Positions 22,601 to 42,120 of a stretch of 64,000 nt of DNA are shown here, piece by piece. This DNA is from Callorhinchus milii (lineage: Eukaryota): NCBI RefSeq assembly GCF_018977255.1, contig NW_024704762.1, forward strand, positions 8,742,001-8,806,000. The letters run 5' to 3'. The stretch's first letter is position 1; each line of letters starts with the position of its first letter. Made by a program: the position numbers and the translations under genes. The notes beneath the pieces are model-generated. The model ran no database searches. It worked only from the letters and a program-made list of their open reading frames with translations, and was not told the DNA's origin.

Positions 22601-24664
22601 CTCGGCTGGGATCTGCCTGCCGTTTAAGGTCCAGAAGAGGTCCCGAGACTTGATCTTTGATTCCGACGTCACAGCACAGGTCGCGCTCAGCGAGGAGCCT
22701 ATGGTCAGGATGGGGTCCTGTGGCATCACTGAGCCCATCGCTATAACACAAGACAATCACTTGAACTCTCGTTAGTTTGAGAGTAACCCTGGCCTAGATA
22801 TTCAACTCACTGTCCCAACCCTCCTTACCTCATCTCCTCAATTTCCTCCAGCCCTATGCTCCCGTCCATGCCTTCTTACTCCGGTCTCCTGCTTCTAATA
22901 ATGATAATCCTCGCATTTGATACAGCGTCTTATCATGTCTTCAAGACGTCTCAAAGCGCTTCACAGAATACACTGTAAAGTGTAGTATATTTTGTGGGCA
23001 AAAATAATATCAAATGCGAGGATCATTATTATTATTGTAAAGTAACTGAATGGCACCAGCCCACTAATACCACCACTAGATGGCACTTTCGAGTGGCACA
23101 GTGTCTTCCTCTGATGGGTTCTCCTCTGAGGAAGTCCCCAAGATCCCTTAGCCCCACTCTGCACCCCACATTAAGGTGGTTGAGTAAATCTTGGCCGCAG
23201 TGGCCTCTGGTTGAGTAGGGCTCACAGCTGGCTGCAGAAGTATTCCACTGCAACATGAATATTGGCCTTGAAATGACAGGTATCACTGGACCAGTTAGTC
23301 GGATCTCTGTAAAGTGAACTGACTGTATATTTTGCGGGTGAAACGCAGCAGCCAATTGCACGCAGCAGTGTCCCACAAACAGTCGTGGATTGAATGACTA
23401 TTATTATTATTATTATTATTACCATTTGGCTGCAGAGAAGAAAACAGCTCCTGAGCGATTCAGGAGAGGAGAGGGTGGTTGGGGAAAAGGGAAGAGGGGT
23501 GGCGGTGGTTGGGAATAGTGGAATCGGTTTGAAGACGTGGCGGGGGGCGTGAGAGAAAGGGGCGGTTGTGGGGGCGAGAAGGTGCGGCGGTTGGGACAGG
23601 TAACCGGTTCTGGAAGGTGCTGATGGCAATCGCCAGCCAAGCAGAGATTCTAGCAATCTGTCACATTCCGGCCTCCAGTAAGAGCAGATCCCGGCTTTGA
23701 AAGGTAACATTCAACTTGGATGAGAGAGCAAAGCGCCTGTGATTGATCTATGTCCCAACAAGACTCTGGCAACTCCTTCAGGCGAATGATAATCCCTCTT
23801 TTATTTCGCTTCCTTTCAGGAGAATTCTTCTCTCAAAAAATATGTTGCCCATTTTTCCGTCTCCTGGTTTTCTGTTCTCTCCCTCTCTCTCGCTCTCTCT
23901 TTCTTTCTTTTTTTTTAAAAACTTTTTCTGTTCTCTTTCTCAAAATAATTGCCTCCCAACGCTTGATTTCTATTTTATTTCCCAGCGATTTACATTTAAA
24001 GTTTTTTTTTTTTTTTACCATCACGTTTCCACGAATCCAGGTTAAATCAGAGCCACAGTCTCATGGTAGAGGGGAAAGTTTTTTTTTTGGTGAAAAAAAA
24101 AGCTCAACTTGTTATTAGAACCCAAAATTGTTCAAAATTTGAAATATTTTTATACATATATATTATATATTACAAATACTGTACATAGCTCCTTGCCCAT
24201 TGCAGTGCCTGATATACTTCGTTTTTATACACTGATAGAGTCTGGTATCATATATTTCTATATGAACAAATTCTGAACAAATATGAACAGATTTCTGTGA
24301 AAGTTGAGGTGTTTTTTTAAAGGCAAAAGACATAACTATAATGCATAACAAATTCAGAAGGATTTTAGGATCGTATATTAAACTGAGTTATTTTAGAACA
24401 AATATATATACTTATATATGTGTGGATGTATAAATATATATATATATATAAATGAATAGAAATGAAATGGAGGAAAGAATTCCTCAAAATAAATAAAGAG
24501 CAACGTGTTAGTTACACTCACCCCCTTGACTATAGGTTAAATCGTCTGTTAGAAAAATTCTTTATTCTATTCGGTTCCCAAATGCAATTGCAAGTACAGT
24601 ACTTACGAGTGATACCCAACACTGCTTTCAGCAAACAAAGGGCGAGGAGAGGAGAAACGATCAT
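16651..24664 (-). CDS. CRLF1: Cytokine receptor-like factor 1 (soluble type I cytokine receptor: signal peptide, Ig-like domain, two FN3 domains, WSDWS)
   Basis: Minus-strand exons: 24664-24607 ([19 protein letters not shown]), 22740-22462, 21073-20944, 20418-20249, 20014-19857, 19676-19508, 19058-18880, 16884-16651 (last exon less certain). Motifs: [115 protein letters not shown]. Confidence 0.93.
17130..17900 (-). mobile_element. L2-clade LINE 3' fragment (ORF2 C-terminus plus 3' UTR)
   Basis: Translates [11 protein letters not shown]...[16 protein letters not shown]...[21 protein letters not shown]...[12 protein letters not shown]...PITP, typical of L2 ORF2, with frameshifts. Ends in the tail shared with the SINEs. 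Confidence 0.85.
19226..19490. repeat. G-rich minisatellite (about 9 x gagctcactgttctggggg...) in the CRLF1 intron after the WSDWS exon
   Basis: Tandem variable-length units with a constant ctcactgttct core. Confidence 0.9.
23073..23086 (+). promoter_or_regulatory. CTCF-like motif in CRLF1 intron 1
   Basis: CCACTAGATGGCAC fits the CTCF core CCASYAGRKGGCRS. Confidence 0.5.
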
Positions 24665-26774
24665 ATTTCCGAAAGTTCTGTGCACTTAACTTAATGTATT
24701 ATAATTTTTCTTCCCCCCCCCCCCCCCCCACCCCCCACCAAAAAAAAAAGGGGTGAAAAAAAAATCAAAATAAAAGTGATGTATAGTCTTTTTCTTCTTC
24801 GTGGTCGATGGGGAGTGAGTGAGTCGTTCTCATGAGAAACAGCACTCGTTGGACTGAGTGAGATAAATCGTGCCCAACTAACTGGAGTGGAAACTTTTCT
24901 GTCTGTCTTGTCTGTCTGTCTGTCTGATTCCCTCCACCAACCCCCCCCCCCAAAAAAAAAATTGGAGCCTGAAATCTGACAAGTTTCTCCCTGTAAGAAC
25001 CTTGATCCAACCCCTTGCATTATCCTGACTTGTCTTTTTTTGTGTGTGTGTGTGCAGATCCCACCTATCTGTCTGTTTCTGCTCCAACCCCTGGTGTCTG
25101 GCTGGTTTGGGATGTTGAATAATACTTCCTCAGTGGTTAAGATTCCTGTAAGCTTATGCATCGATCTCTAAACCAACCAACCCAACCAACCAACCACTTG
25201 TCAATGGCTGAGCCATGGTGACTCACTCACTCACTCACTCACTCACTCACTCTCACTCACACTGTATATCGTTGAATGAATGGTTCAGAGGAAATGTTGG
25301 CAGGAACCTTTCAATAGCCCTGGGAACGTGTAATTTTTTTTTAAGCACAGGCTTAGCTTAGCTCCTGTATCTCCAATGCAATGTCTGATATACTTCGGGT
25401 TTCCCCCCACCCCACCCCCCCACACACACACACACACTGTAATAGTCTGACATAATCTGCATTCCCTTCCATGTGACCTACTGTCTGTCACATCTTCACA
25501 CCAAAATAGCTCCCATCTCCTGATTTAGCACGCTGACCATCCACGGCACGTCTCGGCGTAAACACTCTTGATACACATCACACCCTTCGCTGTAACGTTC
25601 GCTGATACAACAGCAACAACAACGAGTTACATTTTTGCCCACAGAACGTACACAGACGTCTCGAAGACGTGATCAGGTTCTAAATCAAATGCGAGAATTA
25701 TGATTATTATTTGTAAAGCGCCTTTCACGTCGGGAGGACGTCCCAAGACCCTGGACAGTCAGGGTTTTGCACTTGGTATACAGGCACATCGCTCACTGTA
25801 GCCGTTTGATATGTCCTCACCTCTCATTGTAACACTCTCTGATATATCTTTCACTCCTCACCGTAACTGCATTATAACGCACTCTGAGCTTCACCCCTTT
25901 GTAACAATCCAATCACTCCAATCACTTAGATTACTCCAAATGAGGCTTATTTGGGGAGTTGGGGGGGTCAACCGGGTGTGTGATACATTCGGAAACCCAT
26001 CACCAATGCTTAAGAGTCTCCAAACCAAACTTTATTGAAGGAAGGAAAATGGAAAGGAGATTTTTAAAATGCTGGAAATCCACACATCAACACAAGTCAC
26101 ACCTTTCAGTGTGTGTGGCTTAATGCTACCCTACGCGAGGGACACTATATAAATGCAAGTTGTTGCTTTACTGGACACTGTCAGGACTATTGGGGGGAAC
26201 TAGTATTTACAGGGTTAATAGACCAATTCCTGCAATTGGGCAATTGATGCTCTTGCTCAAAACTGACCTTTTGTAAAGCAAAGCGGTGAAATATCCTGTT
26301 GTTGCCTACGCATTGCTCTCTCTTTAACACGTCAGTGAGTGGGTAGAGAACAAGGCATTTCATACCCTCTCCCTCATCATCTGTCCCACACCACAGTGAT
26401 ACACTGCTCACACAGAGGAATGGACATAGTGGGGTGTTGTTTCTCTCGCAGTCACTGAGCGCTTCCAAAGTGACACAACCAGCCCTGATCAGAATGAATG
26501 GCTCATGACACACTGCTCTGGACTTGTCGCACTCAGAAAGCATCTCTGGAGCACTGTACAGTATGTGAAGCTATTCTTGCTAACCGCAATGATGGGAAAG
26601 GAAATTCCTGAATCATGATGATGGTGTATATCAACAAATTATCCTGGAGCTTTGAGCATGGGCCAAAAAGCTGTGAGGTCGATTGGAATATGAAAGAGAG
26701 AGTGATGTAAAATATAAGTTAGGCTAATAGCTCATGGGCTAACCCTGTTGTTTACTCCTCTCATAAAAGTTATT

Positions 26775-27350
26775 TTAACAACAGCAAGATTACACTTATA
26801 TAGCGCCTTTCACATTGGAAGGATGTCCCAAGGCGCTGGACAGTATGCAGCATTTCAGACCCAAGCTGGGGTCAGTGGGGGGAGAAGGAAGAGGAGGGGA
26901 AGGGGGGTGGCTGATGGAAGAGGAGGGTTTTGAGGCGGGACTTGAAGGAGGCTGAGGAGGGGGTGAGGCGGAGTGATTGGGGAATGGAATTCCAGAGGTT
27001 GGGGGCAGAGTGGCTGAAGGCACTCCGCCAATGGTGGGGTGGGTGGGTGAGTCGGGGGATGTGGAGCAGGCCGGAGCCGGCTGAGCGGAGGGAACGGGCG
27101 GGTTGGTAGGGGGTTAGGAGGTGGCAGAGGTAGGGTGGGGCGAGGCCATGGAGGGCTTTGTAGGTGAGGACCAGGAGCTTGAACTGGATCCTCTGAAGGA
27201 TAGGGAGCCAATGGAGTCGGGTGAGAGTGGGGGAGATAGGGTCACGGTGTTTGGTGCGGGAGAGGACACGGGCTGCAGAGTTCTGGATTATCTGCAGCTG
27301 TGGAGGGAGAAGTTGGGAAGACCGACAAGAAGGGCGTCTGCATAGTCAAG
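26775..27350 (-). mobile_element. L2-clade LINE 3' fragment
   Basis: Parallels 17130-17700 (e.g. gggctgcagagttctggattatctgcagc, ggagaggacac) and has the same tail. Confidence 0.8.
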
Positions 27351-28283
27351 CCTTAGTTTTCAACTGCTGGTAGGACATTTGTAAACAAGTGTTTCTAACC
27401 TCACCTTTGTTTTTCATTATTGATCTAAAGTAAGTCATTGTGTGTGTGTATCACATTAATAGGCCATTCCAGTTCCGATGAAAGGGGACACCTAAAACAT
27501 ACCCCAAATTAACATTAGTTGCAGGATCGCGAAAGGCAAGTACAGGAACGGGGAAGTATTCACTTGCACGGAGAATATTCCCAAACTGAAACGGGTCACA
27601 TAAACAACAACCACAACAAAGGATCCTTAAGGCCGGGACAGCAACTTGTTTAAGCGCTCCGAGTTGCTGCCCTCCTTGAAGGGCGCTACGTCAATTCAAC
27701 TTGTTGTTGTTGTTGTTGTTGTGTGAGAAACAGCTTGACGCCTGACTCTGGACTTGGTATTCTAGAAGGATGAGATTAAATGGACCTTCTTCAAATGAAC
27801 CCTCTCTGTTAATTTGTGAAATCCGCCCGAAATACTCCAGCAAGTCTGCCTGCAATCTCAGAAAAACAGCGTTACCCCAACAAACAATGCAGCAGTGATA
27901 TCACAGTGAGTCTGTCACAGGGTCACAATGAGGGAGACGGTGTAACAGTGAGACCGATATCGTGTCCTTAAGGGAAATAGCTTTGAGGCGGTGGAGCAGC
28001 GAGACTGTCACCGTTCGGCTGTCACAATGTCACACATGGACGCAGTGTAGCTCTTAAGATTAAGGCGGTGTAGCGGAGGTCGTAACCGACTGACAATCAG
28101 TTCGGGGCATTGTCACGAGTGCTAACGGCCCGGTTTGATGGTGCAAAGCATCTCGTAACCCACTGACTGACTGACAGTGTAGCAGTCAGAACCTTAAAAG
28201 ACATTGTAACGGCTGGTAACAGGTTTAACCAACTGGCACAGTGCGGCGATCGGCTTGAAATAGTGTAGGCGTCTGGCACAGCG

Positions 28284-28860
28284 AGTGTGTAACAGTGTAA
28301 CAGTGAGTGTGTAACAGTGAGTGTGTAACAGTGTAACAGTGAGTGTGTAACAGTGTAACAGCCTGACACAGTGTAGCAGTGAGTGCAACAGTGTAACAGA
28401 CTAACACAGTGCAACAGTGAGTGTAACAGTGTAACAGTGAATGTGTAACAGTGAATGTGTAACAGCCTGGCACAGTGTAACAGAGTGAGTGTGTAACAGT
28501 GTAACAGCCTGGCACAGTGTAACAGAGTGAGTGTGTAACAGTGAGTGTGTAACAGCCTGGCAGAGTGTAACAGTGAGTGTGTAACAGTGAGTGTGTAACA
28601 GCCTGGCAGAGTGTAACAGTGAGTGTGTAACAGCCTGGCACAGTGTAACAGTGAGTGTGTAACAGTGAGTGTGCAACAGTGAGTGTGTAACGGTGAGTGT
28701 GTAACAGCCTGGCACAGTGTAACAGTGAGTGTGTAACAGTGAGTGTGCAACAGTGAGTGTGTAACAGTGAGTGTGTAACAGTGGCACAGTGAGTGTGTAA
28801 CAGTGAGTGTGTAACAGTGGCACAGTGAGTGTGTAACAGTGAGTGTGTAACAGTGAGTGT
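28284..28860 (+). repeat. Minisatellite (GTGTAACAGTGAGT and variants) upstream of TMEM59L
   Basis: Dozens of tandem gtgtaaca/gtgagt-based units; source of the LLHTHCYTL-type ORFs. Confidence 0.95.
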
Positions 28861-28900
28861 TCACTCGGTGGCCGATCCTCTCTCAGTTGCTCTGTGGTGT

Positions 28901-28908
28901 TGACGTCA
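28901..28908. promoter_or_regulatory. Palindromic CRE (TGACGTCA) in the TMEM59L proximal promoter
   Basis: Exact TGACGTCA 146 nt upstream of ATG 29047, plus a TGACGCA variant at 28918. Confidence 0.5.
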
Positions 28909-29046
28909 GAGTGAGACTGACGCAGCCCTCCTCCTGCTCTGCAGTGTGCGGTGCGGTGTGTGCGGTGTGTGCGGTGCGGTGCGGGGGGTGTGTGCGGGGG
29001 GTGTAGCGGAGGGGGTTGGGGGGTGGGGGGGGTTTCAGGAGGAGCA

Positions 29047-36765
<7,719 letters not shown>

Positions 36766-39700
36766 AACGTTGTGTCTCCCCAAAACAAGAGAGACAGTTT
36801 TTCCCTCTTTGCTCCAGCACGTTTGCAAAATTTGAGAATAAAAATCAACCTAATAATCTTCCCCCGAAATGAAATATTCCAGAGAGGGGAGGAGGGTGGT
36901 GGAGGGAGGAAGGTGTGATGGTGTCTGCATTTATCGACCCCCCCCACCCACCTCCCCCACCCCCAATCCCACCCTCGGAATAGAGTTCTTAATGAGTTTG
37001 AATTCAGTTCTCTTAAGATTTATTTAGGATCCAATGAAAATGCCATTAAAATCTAACAAGATTCTCAAATTCCAAATGAGTAATTTAGAATCCTAGAAAT
37101 GTTTTGGAATGGGTTCCTATTTTCTGATTTGTTTCTAATATATATATATGTGTGTGTGTGTGTATATATAGATCGATATATAACATGGTTGTAAATGATT
37201 TGGCCCCAATCTTTTGTCCAACAGGATTCCCTCACTGAGATGCTTTTTTCTGTGATCATGTGGTGGTGAGGGAGGGGGTCGGACAAAGATCTCTCTGGTT
37301 AATTGCAACCTCCAGAAATGGGAATGAAAGCCACTAGAGTGGGATCTAATGGGAAAGGGAATAGGAAAATCAATTCCGTAGCATTATAGTATAGTCCCAT
37401 ATTAGTTCATCGCTTTATTTATTCTAACTGTGTTATCGAACAGTGCGCGAGTGGGGAGTGGGGGTGGTGGGGGGGGGGAAGGGGTGGTGGGGGGAAGGGG
37501 TGTTGGGGTTAGGGGTGGGAGGGGGAAGCTTTGTAGTCAGTTCCTGCATGTTTCATTCACTTCGCTCTTAACGTGTCAATTACAACTGAACCAAGGATGA
37601 GATGTGTGTGTGTATGTCGTGGGAGCCGTGGGGAGGGGGGAGTTTCATGAGTCTTAAGCCCTCTGGGACATACGCTGGCTGAGGGACGCTATATAAATGC
37701 AAATTGTTGTTGTCCTTACATAGCTGCACAGATCAGCCAAGGTCACACCTTGAATAATAAATAAGAAGAATCCTTACATTTTGGTATAGCACCTCATGTG
37801 TTGGGAGGACGTCCCAAAGTGTTTTGCAGGGTTTACGGTAAAGTGTGTTGGACTGGGTGACAGGTTTTTTTTGTGTGAATCTTAGCCATGTTGCCATGGA
37901 GCAAGGAATTTCAATGGGCGGATTGGAAGATTTCTGGAAATCTTTGATTTGCGAGTAAATCAGATGTTCATTTGACCTTTGGGCTCCATCTGGAGTGCAG
38001 ATGGATTGGGTGAGGGGATGAGGGGATGGGTGGGTGTATACGTGAATGGACGGGGTCGGAAACTGAATGTAAGTGTTGCCAGACCCTGGAATATCATGTT
38101 GAACCTTCACATCTGTAATAAATTATAATGGGAGTGATAAGATCTTTATATATATATGTTTATGTGTGTGTGTGTGTGTGTGTGGCAGGTTCATGGGTGG
38201 GAAGGGTTAGGGACATTAGGTAAGATGTTGAGGTAGATAAGTCATATCTTAAAGTTTGGGGCTGAGAAGGGGAATATGGGAGAGAGCGATGGAGCCAAAA
38301 GGTAAGTTTATTGCTTTTGCTAAGGAGAAAATCAAGAAACCTACAACTTTTGGTGGCTACGGTGACTCAATGTTTATCAGCCTCTCTATTCACTTCCTAT
38401 CCACCACACAAGAACTTCCTTTACCCTAAGCGAACAGCTTTTAGTTGCTTTTAGTTTCCTTGTTTTTTTGGTCTTTAAATGTTGTTGCATTTCCTGTTCA
38501 GGATTTTCGAAATGTAAGCTGATAAAATAAAATAAATCTGATGGAATGACTGTGTTTGGCTAATGTTAGCTGCAAGGAGAAACTGGCCATAATCCTCTAG
38601 CTTAGTGCTGGTCAACATGTGGCCCGTGGGCCGGAAGCAGCCCATGGGGGCCGTCAAGAAGCAGCCCCCAAACCCCTCTACCCCACCCCCGAACATTCAC
38701 ATGACTTTAGGTAAGTCCGTGTTCAATCAGTAGGGTGCTTCAACCGTGCCCTCAGCTCCCCTCTCGACTCTCTACCCCCTCCTCGCTCCCTCCCTTCCCT
38801 CCCCTCGCCCTGACTATTTCCCCCCTGCTCGGGTCCCGACCCAACTGTTCAGCGCCTTGGGACGTCCTCCCGACGTGAAAGGCGCTCTATAAATAAAATC
38901 TTCTTGTTGTTGCTTTCAGCTTTTTTCTTGATTGGGTATTTCTTGATTTGTGGCGTAAAAAGATTATGCTTTTCCTTCTCTGTGTTTGGGGGTGTGTGTG
39001 TGTGGGGGGAGGGGGTGGTGGAGGGGAATGCGAAGGAGGGGGTTGGAGGGCATTCTAAGCCAGGCAAAGCACCAATTGTTGCCCTTTGGGTGTCCAAAAG
39101 TAATAATAATACTTGCATTTGATACAGGGTCTTATAAGACGTCTCAAAGCACTTTACACTATATTGTGTGGGTGAAATGACACTTGGAATGAGCACGAGT
39201 TGGGACATCGTAGGGAAGATTAGGGGAGAAAAGTGGATAAAACTATAAATCGCAATGGGATTTGAGACTGGGCAAATTGGGGGTGGGGAGGTGGGGTAGA
39301 AGAAGGGGGTCGAAATCTTTGCCTTATCGGGCCACCAGCGGGAAGGTCACTGCGGAATTTCCAGAGAGGAATTTGAGGAGGATATCTGCAGGAGCGCACG
39401 GAAAGCAAACTCCATCGTAACAGCAACGATCCTTGCGTTGACACGGCGCCCTATCAGGTCTTCGAGACGTCTCAAAGCGCTTCACGGAAGACGCTGTAAA
39501 GTGAATTGGCTGCGTGTCTTGCGAGCGAAACTAGTAAGAGCTGCGAAGATTGCAACCGGGACTTAAGCATTCGACTTAAGAACGGCGCTGGCAGCGATGG
39601 GGTTAATTCCCCTTTTCCCCCTCTCCTATATTACATTCCCCCCCCCCCCCCCCCGACACCCCCTCGTTACACACGGTCCAGTGTGACTCGGTGTGACTCG

Positions 39701-40119
39701 GTGTTGGGGCTGCCTCGCCTGTTAGACAGGTTCCTCCTCAAAAGGCTCACAGAGTCAGAGCTGTCACTCACTCTGGAGGCAGGAAAGTGCAGAGTCACGG
39801 TGATGAGTGGCAAACTGTCCCTCTGGCACACACACAACACACACACAACACACACAGGGTTGGGGGGGGAGAGGCTGTAGGAATTTGGCCCCATTCTCAG
39901 CAACTGCTGATTGGTTTGGGGTCAGAACCCCTTCCTGAGCTGCATCAGCACAGCACAGGGTCACAGCCACAGCACAACACACAGGCAGGAAGGCACTGCA
40001 CACACTGTGCATAGCACACAGGCAGAAAATACACAGGCAAACACACACACACACACAGGCAGCACAGTGCACAACACAGCACACAGCACAGCACACAGGG
40101 CAACCAGTGTACAGCCAAA

Positions 40120-40722
40120 CACACAGCACAGAGCCACCCCCAGCACAGAGCACAGAGCCACCCCCAGCACAGAGCACACAGCCACCCCCAGCACAGAGCC
40201 ACCCCCAGCACACAGCCACCCCCAGCACAGAGCACAGAGCCACCCCAGCACAGAGCCACCCCCAGCACAGAGCACAGAGCCACCCCAGCACAGAGCACAG
40301 AGCCACCCCCAGCACAGAGCACAGAGCCACCCCAGCACACAGCCACCCCAGCACAGAGCACAGAGCCACCCCAGCACACAGCCACCCCCAGCACAGAGCA
40401 CAGAGCCACCCCAGCACAGAGCCACCCCCAGCACAGAGCCACCCCAGCACACAGCCACCCCCAGCACAGAGCACAGAGCCACCCCAGCACAGAGCCACCC
40501 CCAGCACAGAGCCACCCCCAGCACAGAGCACAGAGCCACCCCCAGCACAGAGCCACCCCAGCACAGAGCCACCCCCAGCACAGAGCACAGAGCCACCCCC
40601 AGCACAGAGCCACCCCAGCACAGAGCCACCCCAGCACAGAGCACAGAGCCACCCCAGCACAGAGCCACCCCAGCACAGAGCCACCCCCAGCACAGAGCAC
40701 AGAGCCACCCCCCAGCACAGAG
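40120..40722. repeat. Minisatellite of CACAGAG / CACAGAGCCACCCC(C)AG units
   Basis: Tandem array; all the long overlapping ORFs at 39764-40861 derive from it. Confidence 0.95.
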
Positions 40723-41084
40723 CTTGACAGACAGTACAGCCCATCACACACCACCACAGTCAGGCAGACCCTACACACTCACACTGCTGTCCTGGACACA
40801 TCCTATTCCTGCCCAAAGCCATCACAGGACCTGCTGCCCCGACTGGGGACACACTCAGTAAGCCAACAACTTGCATGCTTCGACTTGGGGGGGTTTTGTG
40901 GGGGTTATTTTGTGTGACTGCTGTTCCACTTCACCTCTCCCAGAGCCTCACTCACTTTGGCACATGAGCTGTTGTGGATGTGGTGTGTTATTGGGATCAT
41001 GTGGGGGGTGGGAGGGGGTTGTTGTTGCTGTTGTTGTTGCAGTCTGTGTGGTGCTCTGATAGCCATTCCCTTTACTGCTTGTAA

Positions 41085-41116
<32 letters not shown>

Positions 41117-41274
41117 GTGGGTGGGGGGGATTATGTGTGTGAGGGTATTTTTTGTGTAAGATGAATATCTCCCAAAACATTTCAAAATAATATTGGGGAT
41201 GGGGGGTGGGTGGGGGGAGAGGAATCTAAGTCAGTTGTAGTCCCCTATTCTGATTGCCCCTCTGCCTGATACAT

Positions 41275-42120
41275 TATGTTATTACAGCTTATGTAAACGT
41301 TATCTTAAATATTTAAGAAATAGTTTCTAAGTGGTTTTCAGTGGTCGATCCGTTAAAGCAATACCACTGCCACGTTACTTATGAATGAATGTTACTTTTC
41401 TTTAGTAGGTTGGAACTTCCTAAAACAGCTACGTTTTGCTCCCGAGGTTATTTTTGTCAAGTCACTTCTGTACTATCTTATTAACAATAACAGTCCCAGT
41501 CGCACTGACCATTATCGGAACTATGTTTGTTTTATATTGCCACATTAGATGCGCATTCAATTTATAATATCAATACGTTTCCTGATCTCTTATTTCCTTA
41601 TTTCTTACATTGTAACCGCATCAGGTACAACCACATATACAGTCTGGTTGTTTTGTGATAACATCTGGTTTGTTCCCGATTACTGTCCTATCTGACTTGC
41701 CAGACCCAGATTATTGTGATGTTATTTTTCAGTGTTGCTTTCGTTCACACCAGTTAGCCTTTACGTCAATATCTTAAGTGTTTACGAATAGTCCAGTGAG
41801 TATATTCAGCTACAATCTTATGCGGTATCAGATATTCTGATTGCGCGAGGATTGATGACGTGATGGCAGATCGCTCTGGTTTCTGGTGTTTGTTGACATA
41901 TTTGGCATTTTTGATCAATGTTTCTCTTTGAGACCTTATTTTCATAATATTGGGTAGTAATCGCTTGGTCTTGCGCTGAATATTATTAGAGCTTCTGTTT
42001 GGGCTCTCTGCTCACATTCGTCAACCAGCTGAGGCTCGGGTTCACATCTCAGCCTTGTTCTTTCGTTTCTCTTGGAAGATGACCATTCACGATTTTCTTC
42101 TCCCATTTGCTTCCTCTGCA
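41275..42120 (-). mobile_element. Decayed 5'-truncated R4/Dong(Rex6)-clade non-LTR retrotransposon (zinc knuckle plus restriction-like endonuclease)
   Basis: Manual minus-strand translation across frameshifts: KWEKKIVNGHLPR..SLSWL..QTEALII/AQDQAITTQYYENKVSKRNIDQKCQICQQTPET/ILAQSEYLIPHKIVAEYTHWTIRKH/ITIIWVW/SDRTVIGNKPDVI/LMWQYKTNIVPIMVSATG/QNVAVLGSSNLLKK. This is the motif order of the R4/Dong ORF C-terminus as recalled. The 3' end falls in taataacataat. Confidence 0.75.

Noticed and set aside
39764-40861. Keratin-associated-like or mucin-like ORFs on both strands
   Set aside because: A stop-free tandem repeat open in most frames, with no splice or promoter context.
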